Shown piece by piece: positions 34,463-43,840 of a stretch of 64,000 bases of DNA. How positions within the stretch are numbered: position 1 is the stretch's first letter; each line of letters opens with the position of its first letter. The stretch is from NCBI GenBank assembly GCA_903911145.1, contig CAIWCD010000001.1, positions 1 to 64,000 of the forward strand, read 5' to 3'. The notes below the pieces were generated by a model, which saw only the letters and a list, made by a program, of their open reading frames with translations, was not told where the DNA came from and ran no database searches. Origin of the DNA: an uncultured delta proteobacterium. Its GTDB lineage: Bacteria > Myxococcota > Myxococcia > Myxococcales > 40CM-4-68-19. Both the position numbers and the translations under genes were made by a program.

Positions 34463-36684
34463 GCGATCCATCGATAGAGCCACTGCTCGCGCAGCTGCTC
34501 GCCGGATTCGTCGTCGAGGCGGAGGAGATCGCTTCGCGGCTGACGCTCAACCTGCTCGAGCTCGAGCAGCGCGGAGGGGGGCCGAGCTTCGACAACCTCG
34601 CGCGCGGACTGCACACGCTCAAGGGGAGCGCCTCGACGCTGGGCCTCGATGCGCTCTCGCAGCTCGCGCACCGGATGGAGGACGTGCTGCTCCCTCTACG
34701 TGGACGCGCCGGCCCGCTCCCCGCGCCGCTCGCAGATGCTCTGCTGCGTTCGATCGATTCCTTCCTCGGGCAACTGCGGCATCTCGCCGGCCGCGCAGAT
34801 GGGCCTCGAGATCTCGCGGCGGCGCTTGCGCTTCTCGCACAGGCCGAGCAGGCCGTCGCAGCGCTCCCCGCAGACCCAGCGCGTGCGGAGGCGGCGTTCC
34901 GCGTGCACGGCCGCAACATCAGCAGCCGAGCCCTGAACGCGGAGCCGCCGCGCAGCGCCCCTCCAACAGCAAACGCCTTCGCGTCAGAGCCGCCGCCGTC
35001 GAACGGACCTTCCGCGCGCGCGTTCGATCCCGATGTCCCGCGCGCTGCCGAGGAAGGCTTTCGCGTTGGCGTCCAGCAGGTCACGGCGCTCTTGCAGGAG
35101 GCGGAGCGGCTGCGCGAACTGCGCCTGAGAATCGATGAGAGGCGTCGCGACGTGGAGCGCTCCCTCGCGCAACTCTCCCGGCTTTCGCTGCGCCAGGAGA
35201 CCGCGGACGTGCGTGAGTTGCTCATGTCCACCTCGCGCGCGCTCGCCTCCGATTCCGAAGAGGCGGCGGACGTGCTCGCCTCGTTCGAAGAGGGGCTCAA
35301 GTCGATCACGACGCTCCCGATCCGCACGGTGCTCGAGCCGCTGCGACGCGCGGTGCGTGACCTCTGCCGACAGCAAGGCAAGGAGGCGCGGCTCGCGGTG
35401 GTGGGCGCGGAGGTCTCGCTCGATCGCCGTGTGCTCGAAGGTCTGCGCGGTCCGCTGATGCATCTGGTGCGCAACGCGGTCGATCACGGGCTCGAGAGTC
35501 CGGCTGATCGCGAGGCTGCCGGCAAGCACCGCGAAGGCGCGCTCACCATTCGTGTCGAGCAGCAGGGCAACATGCTCTTTCTCGAGATCGCCGACGACGG
35601 ACGCGGCTTGAACGTACCCGCCATTCGCGCCTCGGCACTCGAGCGCGGCCTCGCCACCGAGAGCGAACTCGCGAATCTCAGCGAGAGCCAGGCGCAGCAG
35701 CTGATCTTCCGATCGGGCCTGACCACGCGCAGCGAAGTGACGCAGGTATCGGGCCGCGGAGTCGGTCTTGATGTCGCGCACGCGCAACTGCAGACGCTGC
35801 GCGGACAGATCGAAGCGCAGAGCATCTCCGGTCAAGGCACGCGCTTTCTCCTCACGCTCCCCGCCGATCTCGGCAGCTCGCCGATGCTGGTGGTGCGCGT
35901 CGGCGAGCAACAGTTCGGGCTGCCGATGGCGTCGATTGAATCCTCCTGCGCCGCGCGCACCGGTGAGCTCAGCCAGCGCGGCGAGCAGATGCAGCTCAAG
36001 CACCGCGAAGAGCTCGTTCCCCTCTTCGATCTCGGCGCGTTTCTCGGACTTCGCCAGGCGGGCATGCCCGCCTCCGGCGCTCCCATCCTCATCCTCCTTC
36101 ATCACGGAGTCCGCCTCGCCATCGCCGTCGATCAGGTGATCGGAGACAAGGAGCTCTTCATCCGTGCGCTGCCTCCAGAGGTCCGCGAGCTGGCGGCCTG
36201 GCAGGGCGCGGTGACGCTCGCACGCGGAGAGCTGGTGCTGGTGCTGCGCCCCGATTGGCTGGTGCAGCAGATGAGTGGAGGGGCCGCCTCAGCGGAGACG
36301 ACGCTGCGTGCGCTGGTCGTCGACGACTCGCTGACGGCGCGTGCGATGCACCGCACGGCGCTTGAGTCCGCGGGCTGGCACGTGCACACCGCGTCGAGCG
36401 GCGTTCAGGCTCTCGAGCTGCTGCGCGACTCCCGCTACGACGCGCTCGTCGCCGACATCGGGATGGAGCCGATGGATGGACTCACGCTGACGCAGGCGGT
36501 GCGCGGCTCTGCTGCGACGCGCACGCTGCCGATCATTCTCGTCTCCGCGCACGACAGTCCCGAGGAGCGCGCAACGGGCCTCGCTGCGGGCGCAGACGGA
36601 TTCCTCAGCAAGAGGGACTGCGCCTCGGGAAGGCTGATGCATGAGGTCGCGGAGCTGATCGCCCGCCGTCGAGGATCTCCATGA
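34459..36684 (+). CDS. cheA: Hybrid CheA histidine kinase (Hpt-HATPase-CheW-REC, WspE-like)
   Basis: LHTLKGSA, HLVRNAVDHGLE, DDGRGL, SGRGVGLD, C-terminal LVVDDS..DIGMEPMDG; GTG 34459. Confidence 0.95.
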   Translation: MSDPSIEPLLAQLLAGFVVEAEEIASRLTLNLLELEQRGGGPSFDNLARGLHTLKGSASTLGLDALSQLAHRMEDVLLPLRGRAGPLPAPLADALLRSIDSFLGQLRHLAGRADGPRDLAAALALLAQAEQAVAALPADPARAEAAFRVHGRNISSRALNAEPPRSAPPTANAFASEPPPSNGPSARAFDPDVPRAAEEGFRVGVQQVTALLQEAERLRELRLRIDERRRDVERSLAQLSRLSLRQETADVRELLMSTSRALASDSEEAADVLASFEEGLKSITTLPIRTVLEPLRRAVRDLCRQQGKEARLAVVGAEVSLDRRVLEGLRGPLMHLVRNAVDHGLESPADREAAGKHREGALTIRVEQQGNMLFLEIADDGRGLNVPAIRASALERGLATESELANLSESQAQQLIFRSGLTTRSEVTQVSGRGVGLDVAHAQLQTLRGQIEAQSISGQGTRFLLTLPADLGSSPMLVVRVGEQQFGLPMASIESSCAARTGELSQRGEQMQLKHREELVPLFDLGAFLGLRQAGMPASGAPILILLHHGVRLAIAVDQVIGDKELFIRALPPEVRELAAWQGAVTLARGELVLVLRPDWLVQQMSGGAASAETTLRALVVDDSLTARAMHRTALESAGWHVHTASSGVQALELLRDSRYDALVADIGMEPMDGLTLTQAVRGSAATRTLPIILVSAHDSPEERATGLAAGADGFLSKRDCASGRLMHEVAELIARRRGSP

Positions 36685-37727
36685 GCGCGCGCATCCGGGT
36701 GCTCATCGCCGATGATTCGCCGACGCTGCGGCAGGCGCTCGCACTGCTGCTCTCGCTCGAGGCGCGCATCGAACTCGTCGGCCAGGCGGGCGATGGAGAG
36801 GAAGCGGTGCGGCTCGCGACCGCGCTGCGGCCCGACGTCGTCACGATGGATGTCGAGATGCCGAAGCTCGACGGCGTCTCGGCGACCGAGCAGATCATGG
36901 AGCGCTGTCCAACGCGCGTGCTGATGGTCTGCAGCGCGTCGAAGGAGCGCGAGGTCGAGTTGACGTTTCGCGCGATCGCCGCGGGTGCGCTCGAGCTCTG
37001 CGCCAAGCCCACGCCGCTGCAGAGCGAGTGCGAAAACAGCGCTGCCCCCGCGCAGGACCGTCTGCGCAAGTTCGGCCGCAACGTGGTCGACGCAATCCTT
37101 CTGATGGCTGAGGTTCCCGTTGTCGGTCGGCGCAGCCTCTCCACGAAGAGCAGCAGCGGCCCCGCGCATACGCACAGGATCGACGTGCTCGGCATCGCGG
37201 CCTCGACCGGTGGACCGCCCGCGCTCGCAGAGATTCTCGGCGCGCTGCCCGCCAGGTTGCCTATCGCCATCCTCGTCGCGCAGCACATCGCGCACGGGTT
37301 CAGCGACGGACTTGTGCGCTGGTTGCAACGCTCGAGCGCGCTGCCGATCGTGCGCGCGCAGGACGGCACGCTCTGCGCACGCGGAAACGTCTACCTCCCG
37401 CCGGACGGCTGCGATCTGCGTCTGGATTCTGCCAATCGCCTGCGCACTCCGCGCTCGACCGGATTGCACACGCCCTCGGCCGACGAGCTCTTCCTCTCGC
37501 TCGCCGACTCTCTGGGCCGACGCGCAGCGGGCCTCGTGCTCACCGGAATGGGCGACGATGGCGCGCAAGGTCTGCTCGCGCTTCGCCGCACCGGCGCACT
37601 CTGCTACGCGCAGGAAGAGTCGAGCTGCGTCGTCTATGGAATGCCGCGAGCCGCGCACAGCGTGGGCGCGGTGCACGAGTTCGTTTCGTTGTCCCGCATG
37701 GCCAGCCTCATCGTGGAGCTCTCATGA
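36681..37727 (+). CDS. cheB: CheB methylesterase with REC domain
   Basis: VLIADDS..MDVEMP; catalytic motifs [20 protein letters not shown]. Confidence 0.95.
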   Translation: MSARIRVLIADDSPTLRQALALLLSLEARIELVGQAGDGEEAVRLATALRPDVVTMDVEMPKLDGVSATEQIMERCPTRVLMVCSASKEREVELTFRAIAAGALELCAKPTPLQSECENSAAPAQDRLRKFGRNVVDAILLMAEVPVVGRRSLSTKSSSGPAHTHRIDVLGIAASTGGPPALAEILGALPARLPIAILVAQHIAHGFSDGLVRWLQRSSALPIVRAQDGTLCARGNVYLPPDGCDLRLDSANRLRTPRSTGLHTPSADELFLSLADSLGRRAAGLVLTGMGDDGAQGLLALRRTGALCYAQEESSCVVYGMPRAAHSVGAVHEFVSLSRMASLIVELS

Positions 37728-39277
37728 CCGCACGAATCGACACCAGACCGCCGAGCGCGAGCGCCTGGTACAACCAGCTGCTCTTCAAGGTCACGCTGCT
37801 GAGTGTCTTCAGCCTCGCCTGCTTCGCCACGGTGATCGCGACCATCGACGTCAGCTACTTCCGCGACGTGCTCCGGCGCGATGCCCTCTCGCGCGGCAAG
37901 GCGATCTCGACGACGCTCGCCAACGCGCTCGTCGAGATGCCGGACACCGCGATCGCCGCGACGATCCTCAACGTGCGCCGCGAAGCGGGTCTCGCCTACG
38001 TCGAGGTGGTCAATCCCAACGGCGCGATTCTCTCGCATACGTTTGACGGACACCCGCCGGTGCAGGAGCAGCGCTTGCTGCGCGAGAGCGAGCAGGCGAT
38101 GGACAACGTGATCGACGGCGTCGCCATCCTCGATGTGCCCGCGCTCTCGGCGTCGGGTGCGATCGTCCACGTCGGCATCGATCCCGCGGAGTCCAACGCG
38201 CGCATTGCGGAATCGAAACGGCGCATCACGCTCGCGACGATCCTGGCGCTGATGTTTGCGACTGCGATCGCGACGCTGATCGGTCGGCGGCTGACCGAGC
38301 CGCTGCGGCGGCTGACGCACCTCGCGAAGAAAGTCGTCGAGGGAGATCTCACGCTGCAGGTCGAAGTCGAGGCGACTGGCGAAGTGGGCGAGCTGTCGGC
38401 GGCGTTCGCGCAGATGGTCGCGCGCCTCAAGCAGGTGGTCGGGACGCTGCAGGAGTCGGTGCAGCTTCTGAGCGAAGCCGGTCGTGAACTCTCGTCCTCG
38501 ACGTCCGAGCAGAGCGAGACGATCACCAAGCAAGCGACCGCTCTTCAGGAAACGCAGGTGACCGCGCAGGAGATCAAGCAGACCTCGCTGCTCGCCGCGC
38601 AGAAGGCCGAGACGGTGATTCGCCTCGCGGAGAAGGCCGACAGCGTCTCGAGCCAGGGCGAGGCCGCGATCGAGCGCAGCCTCGGCGGACTCACAGACAT
38701 CCGCGCGCAGGTCGATGAGATCGCCACCAAGATCGCGACGCTCTCCGAGCGCACGCAGCAGATCGGCTCGATCACCGCGACGGTGAAGGACCTCGCCGAT
38801 CAATCGAACATGCTCGCGCTCAACGCTGCGATCGAGGCCGTTCGCTCGGGCGAGCACGGAAAAGGATTCGCTGTCGTCGCGCGCGAAATCCGTTCGCTCG
38901 CGGACCAGTCGATCCAGGCGACGAATCGTGTGCGCGAGATCCTGAGCGACATCGGCTCCGCAATTCACGCCACGGTGCAGGTCGCCGAGCGCGGCTCGCA
39001 GAAGATCGACGGAGGGCTTCTCCAAGTACGCAGCTCGGGCGAGAACCTGCGCGAGTTGTCGGGGATCGTGAAGGACAACTCCGCCGCGGTCCGCCAGATC
39101 GCCGCGGCCGTCTCGCAGCAGAACGCGGGCATCACGCAGATCTTCGGCGCGGTCACCGATCAGACGCGGATGATGGACGAGACGATGCAGCGGCTCGAGA
39201 CGACGACGCTCGCGGCCGAAGTGCTGCGCAACCTCTCGCAGCGCGTGACCGACGTGCTCAAGGGGTTCAAGGTCTAG
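37724..39277 (+). CDS. Methyl-accepting chemotaxis protein (2 TM, small periplasmic domain, HAMP)
   Basis: Two hydrophobic helices, HAMP (PLRRL..GDL..GEVGELS), hairpin tip [34 protein letters not shown]. Confidence 0.96.
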   Translation: MTARIDTRPPSASAWYNQLLFKVTLLSVFSLACFATVIATIDVSYFRDVLRRDALSRGKAISTTLANALVEMPDTAIAATILNVRREAGLAYVEVVNPNGAILSHTFDGHPPVQEQRLLRESEQAMDNVIDGVAILDVPALSASGAIVHVGIDPAESNARIAESKRRITLATILALMFATAIATLIGRRLTEPLRRLTHLAKKVVEGDLTLQVEVEATGEVGELSAAFAQMVARLKQVVGTLQESVQLLSEAGRELSSSTSEQSETITKQATALQETQVTAQEIKQTSLLAAQKAETVIRLAEKADSVSSQGEAAIERSLGGLTDIRAQVDEIATKIATLSERTQQIGSITATVKDLADQSNMLALNAAIEAVRSGEHGKGFAVVAREIRSLADQSIQATNRVREILSDIGSAIHATVQVAERGSQKIDGGLLQVRSSGENLRELSGIVKDNSAAVRQIAAAVSQQNAGITQIFGAVTDQTRMMDETMQRLETTTLAAEVLRNLSQRVTDVLKGFKV

Positions 39278-39280
39278 CGC

Positions 39281-40567
39281 CTACGCCCCGACGCGCACCT
39301 GGTTGCGCCCGCCCTGCTTCGCCTCGAGCAGCGCGGCGTCGGCGCGGGCAAGCAACGTCTGCGGCGTGTCGTCTGCGCGGAACGATGCGAGGCCGATGCT
39401 CACCGTGCAGGCGACCGCGAGATCGCCGCCCGTGAGCGCGGGGATGACGAACTGGTGCTTCGAGATTCGATCGCGCAGGCGATCGGTGATGGTCGCCGAT
39501 TCCGACGTGGCCGACTCGATGAGGAGGAACGCGAACTCCTCGCCGCCGAAGCGGGCGACTACATCGGTCGAGCGAACGGACGCGGTGATCAGGCTCGCCA
39601 GATGCGCGAGCACGGCGTCGCCAGCCGGGTGGCCGAAGGTATCGTTGACGCTCTTGAAGTGATCGACGTCGAGCATGCCGAGCGTCATCTCGCTCTGGTA
39701 GCGGCGCGTGCGCACGATCTCCTGCTCGAGGCGCTGCTTGAAATATTTGTTGTTGTAGCAACGCGTGAGTCCGTCCCGGATCGCCATCTCGCGCAACTCG
39801 GAGAGGCGCTGCAGATGCGAGCGCACGCGCGCGACGAGTTCCTGCGGCTCGAACGGCTTGGCGACGTAGTCGTTGCCACCCACTTGAAGTCCGCGCACGC
39901 GCTGCGCGACATCTCCTTTGCGCGTGACGAAGATGATGGGAATCAGCTGCAGCGCAGGATGCGCGCGGATGCGCTGGCAGAGCTCGAAGCCGTCGCGCTC
40001 AGGCATCACCACGTCGAGGATGATCAGCTCGGGTTGTTCACTCTCGATCACCTCGAACGCGCGCAGAGGCTCGCAGCAGTAGGAGCTGGCGAACCCGGCG
40101 CTGCGCAGGACCGTGTCGATGAGGCGCGCTGAAAACGGATCGTCGTCGACGACGAGGATGCGCGAGGGATGGCCGTCGACGGCGATGACGCCGAGGCGTT
40201 CGGGCAGCTCTGTCTGCTGCGGAGCGCCTGCGCCATCGCGCTCCTCGAGGAGATCGAAGATGCCGGCGAGGCCGTCGTCGAAGAGCCGCAGCGCGATCTT
40301 GTCGACGGCGAGCTCGCGCTCGACGAGCAGATCGGCCGCGTCTTCGCAGACCGCCGAGAGACGTCCGAGCAGAGGAAGCCCGACCGACGCGGCCGTTCCC
40401 GCGATGCGATGAAAGAAGCCGCGCAGCCCCGTGAGCGCCTGGGTGTCGGAGCCGCTCTCGCGCAGACGATCGAGCATCTGGCGCGCGCGAAGCGAGCCAT
40501 CGGCAAGCTCGCGGAGGAACAGCTCGCGGAGCTGCCGCCCGTCATCCCCAGTGAGGTCGGCTGACAT
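39281..40567 (-). CDS. Hpt-REC-GGDEF diguanylate cyclase (WspR-like with extra Hpt)
   Basis: FHRIAGTAASVG (Hpt); LVVDDD..LDVVMP..KPF (REC); DGLT, DVDHFKSVND.FGH..GD, I-site RSTD, GGEEF. Confidence 0.93.
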   Translation of the reverse strand: MSADLTGDDGRQLRELFLRELADGSLRARQMLDRLRESGSDTQALTGLRGFFHRIAGTAASVGLPLLGRLSAVCEDAADLLVERELAVDKIALRLFDDGLAGIFDLLEERDGAGAPQQTELPERLGVIAVDGHPSRILVVDDDPFSARLIDTVLRSAGFASSYCCEPLRAFEVIESEQPELIILDVVMPERDGFELCQRIRAHPALQLIPIIFVTRKGDVAQRVRGLQVGGNDYVAKPFEPQELVARVRSHLQRLSELREMAIRDGLTRCYNNKYFKQRLEQEIVRTRRYQSEMTLGMLDVDHFKSVNDTFGHPAGDAVLAHLASLITASVRSTDVVARFGGEEFAFLLIESATSESATITDRLRDRISKHQFVIPALTGGDLAVACTVSIGLASFRADDTPQTLLARADAALLEAKQGGRNQVRVGA

Positions 40568-40599
40568 GGGGCGGGATCTATAGCAGGGTCACGCCGCCC

Positions 40600-41589
40600 A
40601 TGATTGCCGTCGACCAGCTTCGCAAGATCTATCGAGTCCACAAGCGCCAGCCGGGGCTTGCCGCAGCACTGCGCTCACTGATCCACCGACCGACCGAGGA
40701 CGTGCGCGCGGTCGACGGCATCTCGTTCCACATCAACGATGGCGAGCGCGTCGGATTTCTCGGACCCAACGGCGCGGGCAAGACGACGACGCTGAAGATG
40801 CTCTCGGGCCTGCTCTATCCAACCTCGGGCACGCTCGAAGTCGACGGCTTTCTCCCGCAGAAGCGTGAGCGCGCCTTCCTCCAACGCATCACGCTGGTGA
40901 TGGGCCAGAAGCAGCAACTGCTCTGGGATCTGCCGCCGAGCGAGACGTTTCTGCTCAACCGCGCGCTCTACGATGTGCCGGAAAAGGAGTTTCGCGAGAC
41001 GCTCGCAGAGCTGACGAAACTGCTCGAACTCGAGGCGCTCGTGGGCAAGCCGACGCGCCAACTCTCGCTCGGTGAACGGATGAAGTGCGAGCTGGCGGCA
41101 GCGCTGCTGCACCGCCCGCGCGTGCTCTTTCTCGACGAGCCGACCATCGGGCTCGACGTCGCGATGCAGGCGACGGTGCGCGATTTCGTCCGCGCCTACA
41201 ACGAGCGGTTCAACGCCACGGTGCTGCTCACCAGCCACGACATGGACGACGTCGCCGCGCTCTGCCCGCGCGTGATCGTCATCGATCACGGAAGCCTGAT
41301 CTGGGACGGCCCGCTCGATGATCTGGTGAAGAAGGTCAAGCCGCACAAGCAGCTGCGGCTGCGGCTCGCGCGCCCTGTCGACGCGGCCGATCTCGCGGAC
41401 CTCGGCCGCGTCGTCGAGCAGAGCGCGACGTCCGTGGTGCTGCAGGTTGCCCAGGCCGAGTTGCAGGCAGTGGTCGCGAAAGTGTTGAGCAGCCTGCCTC
41501 TGGTCGATCTCTCCGTCGAAGATCCGCCCCTCGAAGACGTGATGCGTGACCTCTTCGCGGGCGCCGCCGCAGGGCGTGACGCCTCATGA
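40600..41589 (+). CDS. ABC transporter ATP-binding protein
   Basis: GPNGAGKTT, LSLGERMK, FLDEPTIGLD, TSH. Confidence 0.95.
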   Translation: MIAVDQLRKIYRVHKRQPGLAAALRSLIHRPTEDVRAVDGISFHINDGERVGFLGPNGAGKTTTLKMLSGLLYPTSGTLEVDGFLPQKRERAFLQRITLVMGQKQQLLWDLPPSETFLLNRALYDVPEKEFRETLAELTKLLELEALVGKPTRQLSLGERMKCELAAALLHRPRVLFLDEPTIGLDVAMQATVRDFVRAYNERFNATVLLTSHDMDDVAALCPRVIVIDHGSLIWDGPLDDLVKKVKPHKQLRLRLARPVDAADLADLGRVVEQSATSVVLQVAQAELQAVVAKVLSSLPLVDLSVEDPPLEDVMRDLFAGAAAGRDAS

Positions 41590-42464
41590 GCGCGACGTCG
41601 GCAGATGCTTTGAGTACCAACCATCTCGGCGGCACCGATTCTCCGCGCACCCGCGATACGCGCAGCGCGCTCTCGCACGCCCTGCGCGCACTCCCGGCGC
41701 TCCTGCGCACCGGCTTCGCCGCGGTGCTCGCCTACCGCGCCGAGATCCTCATCTGGATGTTCACCACCAACATGCCACTCGTGATGCTCGCGCTCTGGGC
41801 CGCTGTCGCGCGCTCGGGGCCGGTCGCGGGCTACACGCAGGAGGGCTTCACCGCCTACTACCTCGCGACGCTGCTGGTGCGTCTCTTCACCGGATGCTGG
41901 GTCGTCTACGAACTGACGATGGAGATCCGCCAGGGAACGCTGGCGATGCGCTTGCTCCGCCCGATCCATCCGCTGCTCGCTCACGCAGCCGAGAACGCCG
42001 CCGCGATCCCCGTGCGCCTCGTCGTCTGCACGCCGCTCATCGCGATCTTCGTCTACACCTCGTACGCGTCGATCACGCGCGATCCCATTCTCTGGCTCTG
42101 CGTGCCGCTCTCCCTCATCGGCGCATGGATGATCACGTTTGGCGTCATGGCGATCGTCGGCACGCTCGCCCTCTTCGTCGAGAGCGCGATGGGCCTCTTC
42201 CAGCTCTGGCTGGGCCTCTCCGGCGTGCTCTCCGGATATCTCGTGCCGCTCGATCTCTTCCCCGAGCGCGTGCGCGCGATCGCGCTGCTCCTGCCTTTCC
42301 GCTTCACGCTCTCGTTCCCGGTCGAGCTCGTTCTCGGCCGCGTCGACCGCATGCAAGCGCTGCAACTGCTCGGCGCGCAGTGGAGCTACGTCGTGCTCTT
42401 CGCCGTCGGCACGGTGCTTCTCTGGCGCGCGGGGATGCGCCGATTCGGAGCGTTCGGTGGCTAG
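41586..42464 (+). CDS. ABC-2 family permease (DUF990-like)
   Basis: AYRAE, EIRQGTL..LLRP, SGYLVPLDLFP, multiple TM helices; coupled to the ATPase. Confidence 0.9.
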   Translation: MSATSADALSTNHLGGTDSPRTRDTRSALSHALRALPALLRTGFAAVLAYRAEILIWMFTTNMPLVMLALWAAVARSGPVAGYTQEGFTAYYLATLLVRLFTGCWVVYELTMEIRQGTLAMRLLRPIHPLLAHAAENAAAIPVRLVVCTPLIAIFVYTSYASITRDPILWLCVPLSLIGAWMITFGVMAIVGTLALFVESAMGLFQLWLGLSGVLSGYLVPLDLFPERVRAIALLLPFRFTLSFPVELVLGRVDRMQALQLLGAQWSYVVLFAVGTVLLWRAGMRRFGAFGG

Positions 42465-43266
42465 TGCTCGCGCCTCTCCCGGCCACGGCCTGCGTGTCCT
42501 GCGCGCGCTCGCCCGCACCTCGCTCGCGCTCACGTTGCAGTACCGCCTCGAGGTGCTCGGCGAAGGACTGCTCTCGATGCTGTGGCTCGCGACCGCGCTG
42601 GTCCCGGTCTGGGTCGTCTTCGGAAAGCGCGGCGCGGTCGAGGGCTGGAGCTATCCCGAGATGCTGCTCGTCATCGCCTGGTTCACGCTGCTCAAGGCGT
42701 TTCTCGAGGGAACGATCAATCCCAGCCTGCTCGCGGTGATCGCGCACGTGCGGCAGGGCACTCTCGACTTCGTCCTGCTCAAACCTGCCGACGCGCAGTT
42801 GCTCGTGTCGTTCAGCAAGGTCGAGCCGTCGAAGCTCGTCGATGTCTTCTCGGCGTTCGCGCTCGCAGGATTCGCGCTGCACAGGCTCCACCGCGTGCCC
42901 TCGCCGCTCGATCTCGCGGCCGCGCTCCTGCTCTTCCTCGCCGCGCTCGCGGTGCTCTACTCGATCGCGATCATCGTCATCTCCATCGCGTTCGTCGCCG
43001 TGCGCGTCGACAACCTGATCTTCCTCTTCGGATCGATCTTCGATCTCGCACGCTGGCCGAGCACGATCTTCCGCGGCACGCTCGCGGTGATCTTCACCTA
43101 CGTGCTGCCGCTCGCGTTGATGACGACGTATCCCGCGCTCGCGCTGCTCGGGCGCCTGCGCCTCCCGACCGCGCTGGGAGCGCTCGCGGGCGCACTCGTG
43201 TTCACGCTGGTGTCGCGCGCGGCGTGGATGGCCTCGCTGCGCAGATATACGAGCGCCTCTTCTTAG
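42457..43266 (+). CDS. ABC-2 family permease (DUF990-like), second subunit
   Basis: QYRLE, GWSYPE, VRQGTLDFVLLKP, RWPSTIF, terminal RRYTSASS; GTG start inferred. Confidence 0.9.
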   Translation: MASARASPGHGLRVLRALARTSLALTLQYRLEVLGEGLLSMLWLATALVPVWVVFGKRGAVEGWSYPEMLLVIAWFTLLKAFLEGTINPSLLAVIAHVRQGTLDFVLLKPADAQLLVSFSKVEPSKLVDVFSAFALAGFALHRLHRVPSPLDLAAALLLFLAALAVLYSIAIIVISIAFVAVRVDNLIFLFGSIFDLARWPSTIFRGTLAVIFTYVLPLALMTTYPALALLGRLRLPTALGALAGALVFTLVSRAAWMASLRRYTSASS

Positions 43267-43294
43267 CGAGAGACGTGTCGCGCATGAATCAGCG

Positions 43295-43774
43295 CTACCA
43301 GCGGTGATAGGCCGGGTGTCCTTCCTCGACGGCGACGAATGTTCCACGGCAGGTCGCAGTCACCTTCCCTTTGCACTCGAGCTTCGCTTCGACGACGGCG
43401 CGCTTCTTGTCCTCGCTCAATTCGACGACGCGCGCGGTAACGAGCACGTCCGCGTCCATCGGCGTTGGACGCTTGAGTTGGACCGCGAAATCCGCGGTCA
43501 CCGTGCAGGGAGGAATCGACGCTCCGGTCGCCTCCATGATCGTCGCGCAGGCAGCCCAGTTGGAGTGGCAGTCGAGCAGCGCGCCGCAGATGCCACCGTT
43601 GAGCACTCCGGGGAAGGCCTGGTGATGATCCTCAGGCCGGAACGTCGCGACGAACACGTCGCCTTGCTTGAAGCTGCGGATGCGCAACCCCTTGCTGCTG
43701 GCGGGCCCGCAGCCGAAGCACTGGTTGTGCGGGGCGTAGCGCTCTTGCAGTGACAACTCGGTTGGCTGGCTCAT
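43295..43774 (-). CDS. PaaI-family (hotdog fold) thioesterase
   Basis: CFGCG, HQAFPGVLNGGICGALLDCH, VTADFAVQLKRPTP; start MSQPTE. Confidence 0.88.
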   Translation of the reverse strand: MSQPTELSLQERYAPHNQCFGCGPASSKGLRIRSFKQGDVFVATFRPEDHHQAFPGVLNGGICGALLDCHSNWAACATIMEATGASIPPCTVTADFAVQLKRPTPMDADVLVTARVVELSEDKKRAVVEAKLECKGKVTATCRGTFVAVEEGHPAYHRW

Positions 43775-43840
43775 GCTGCGCTCTCTAACAGGATTTCCGC
43801 TTCGCTCAAGCAGAGGCCCGATAGAGTTCGCACCTTGCCG

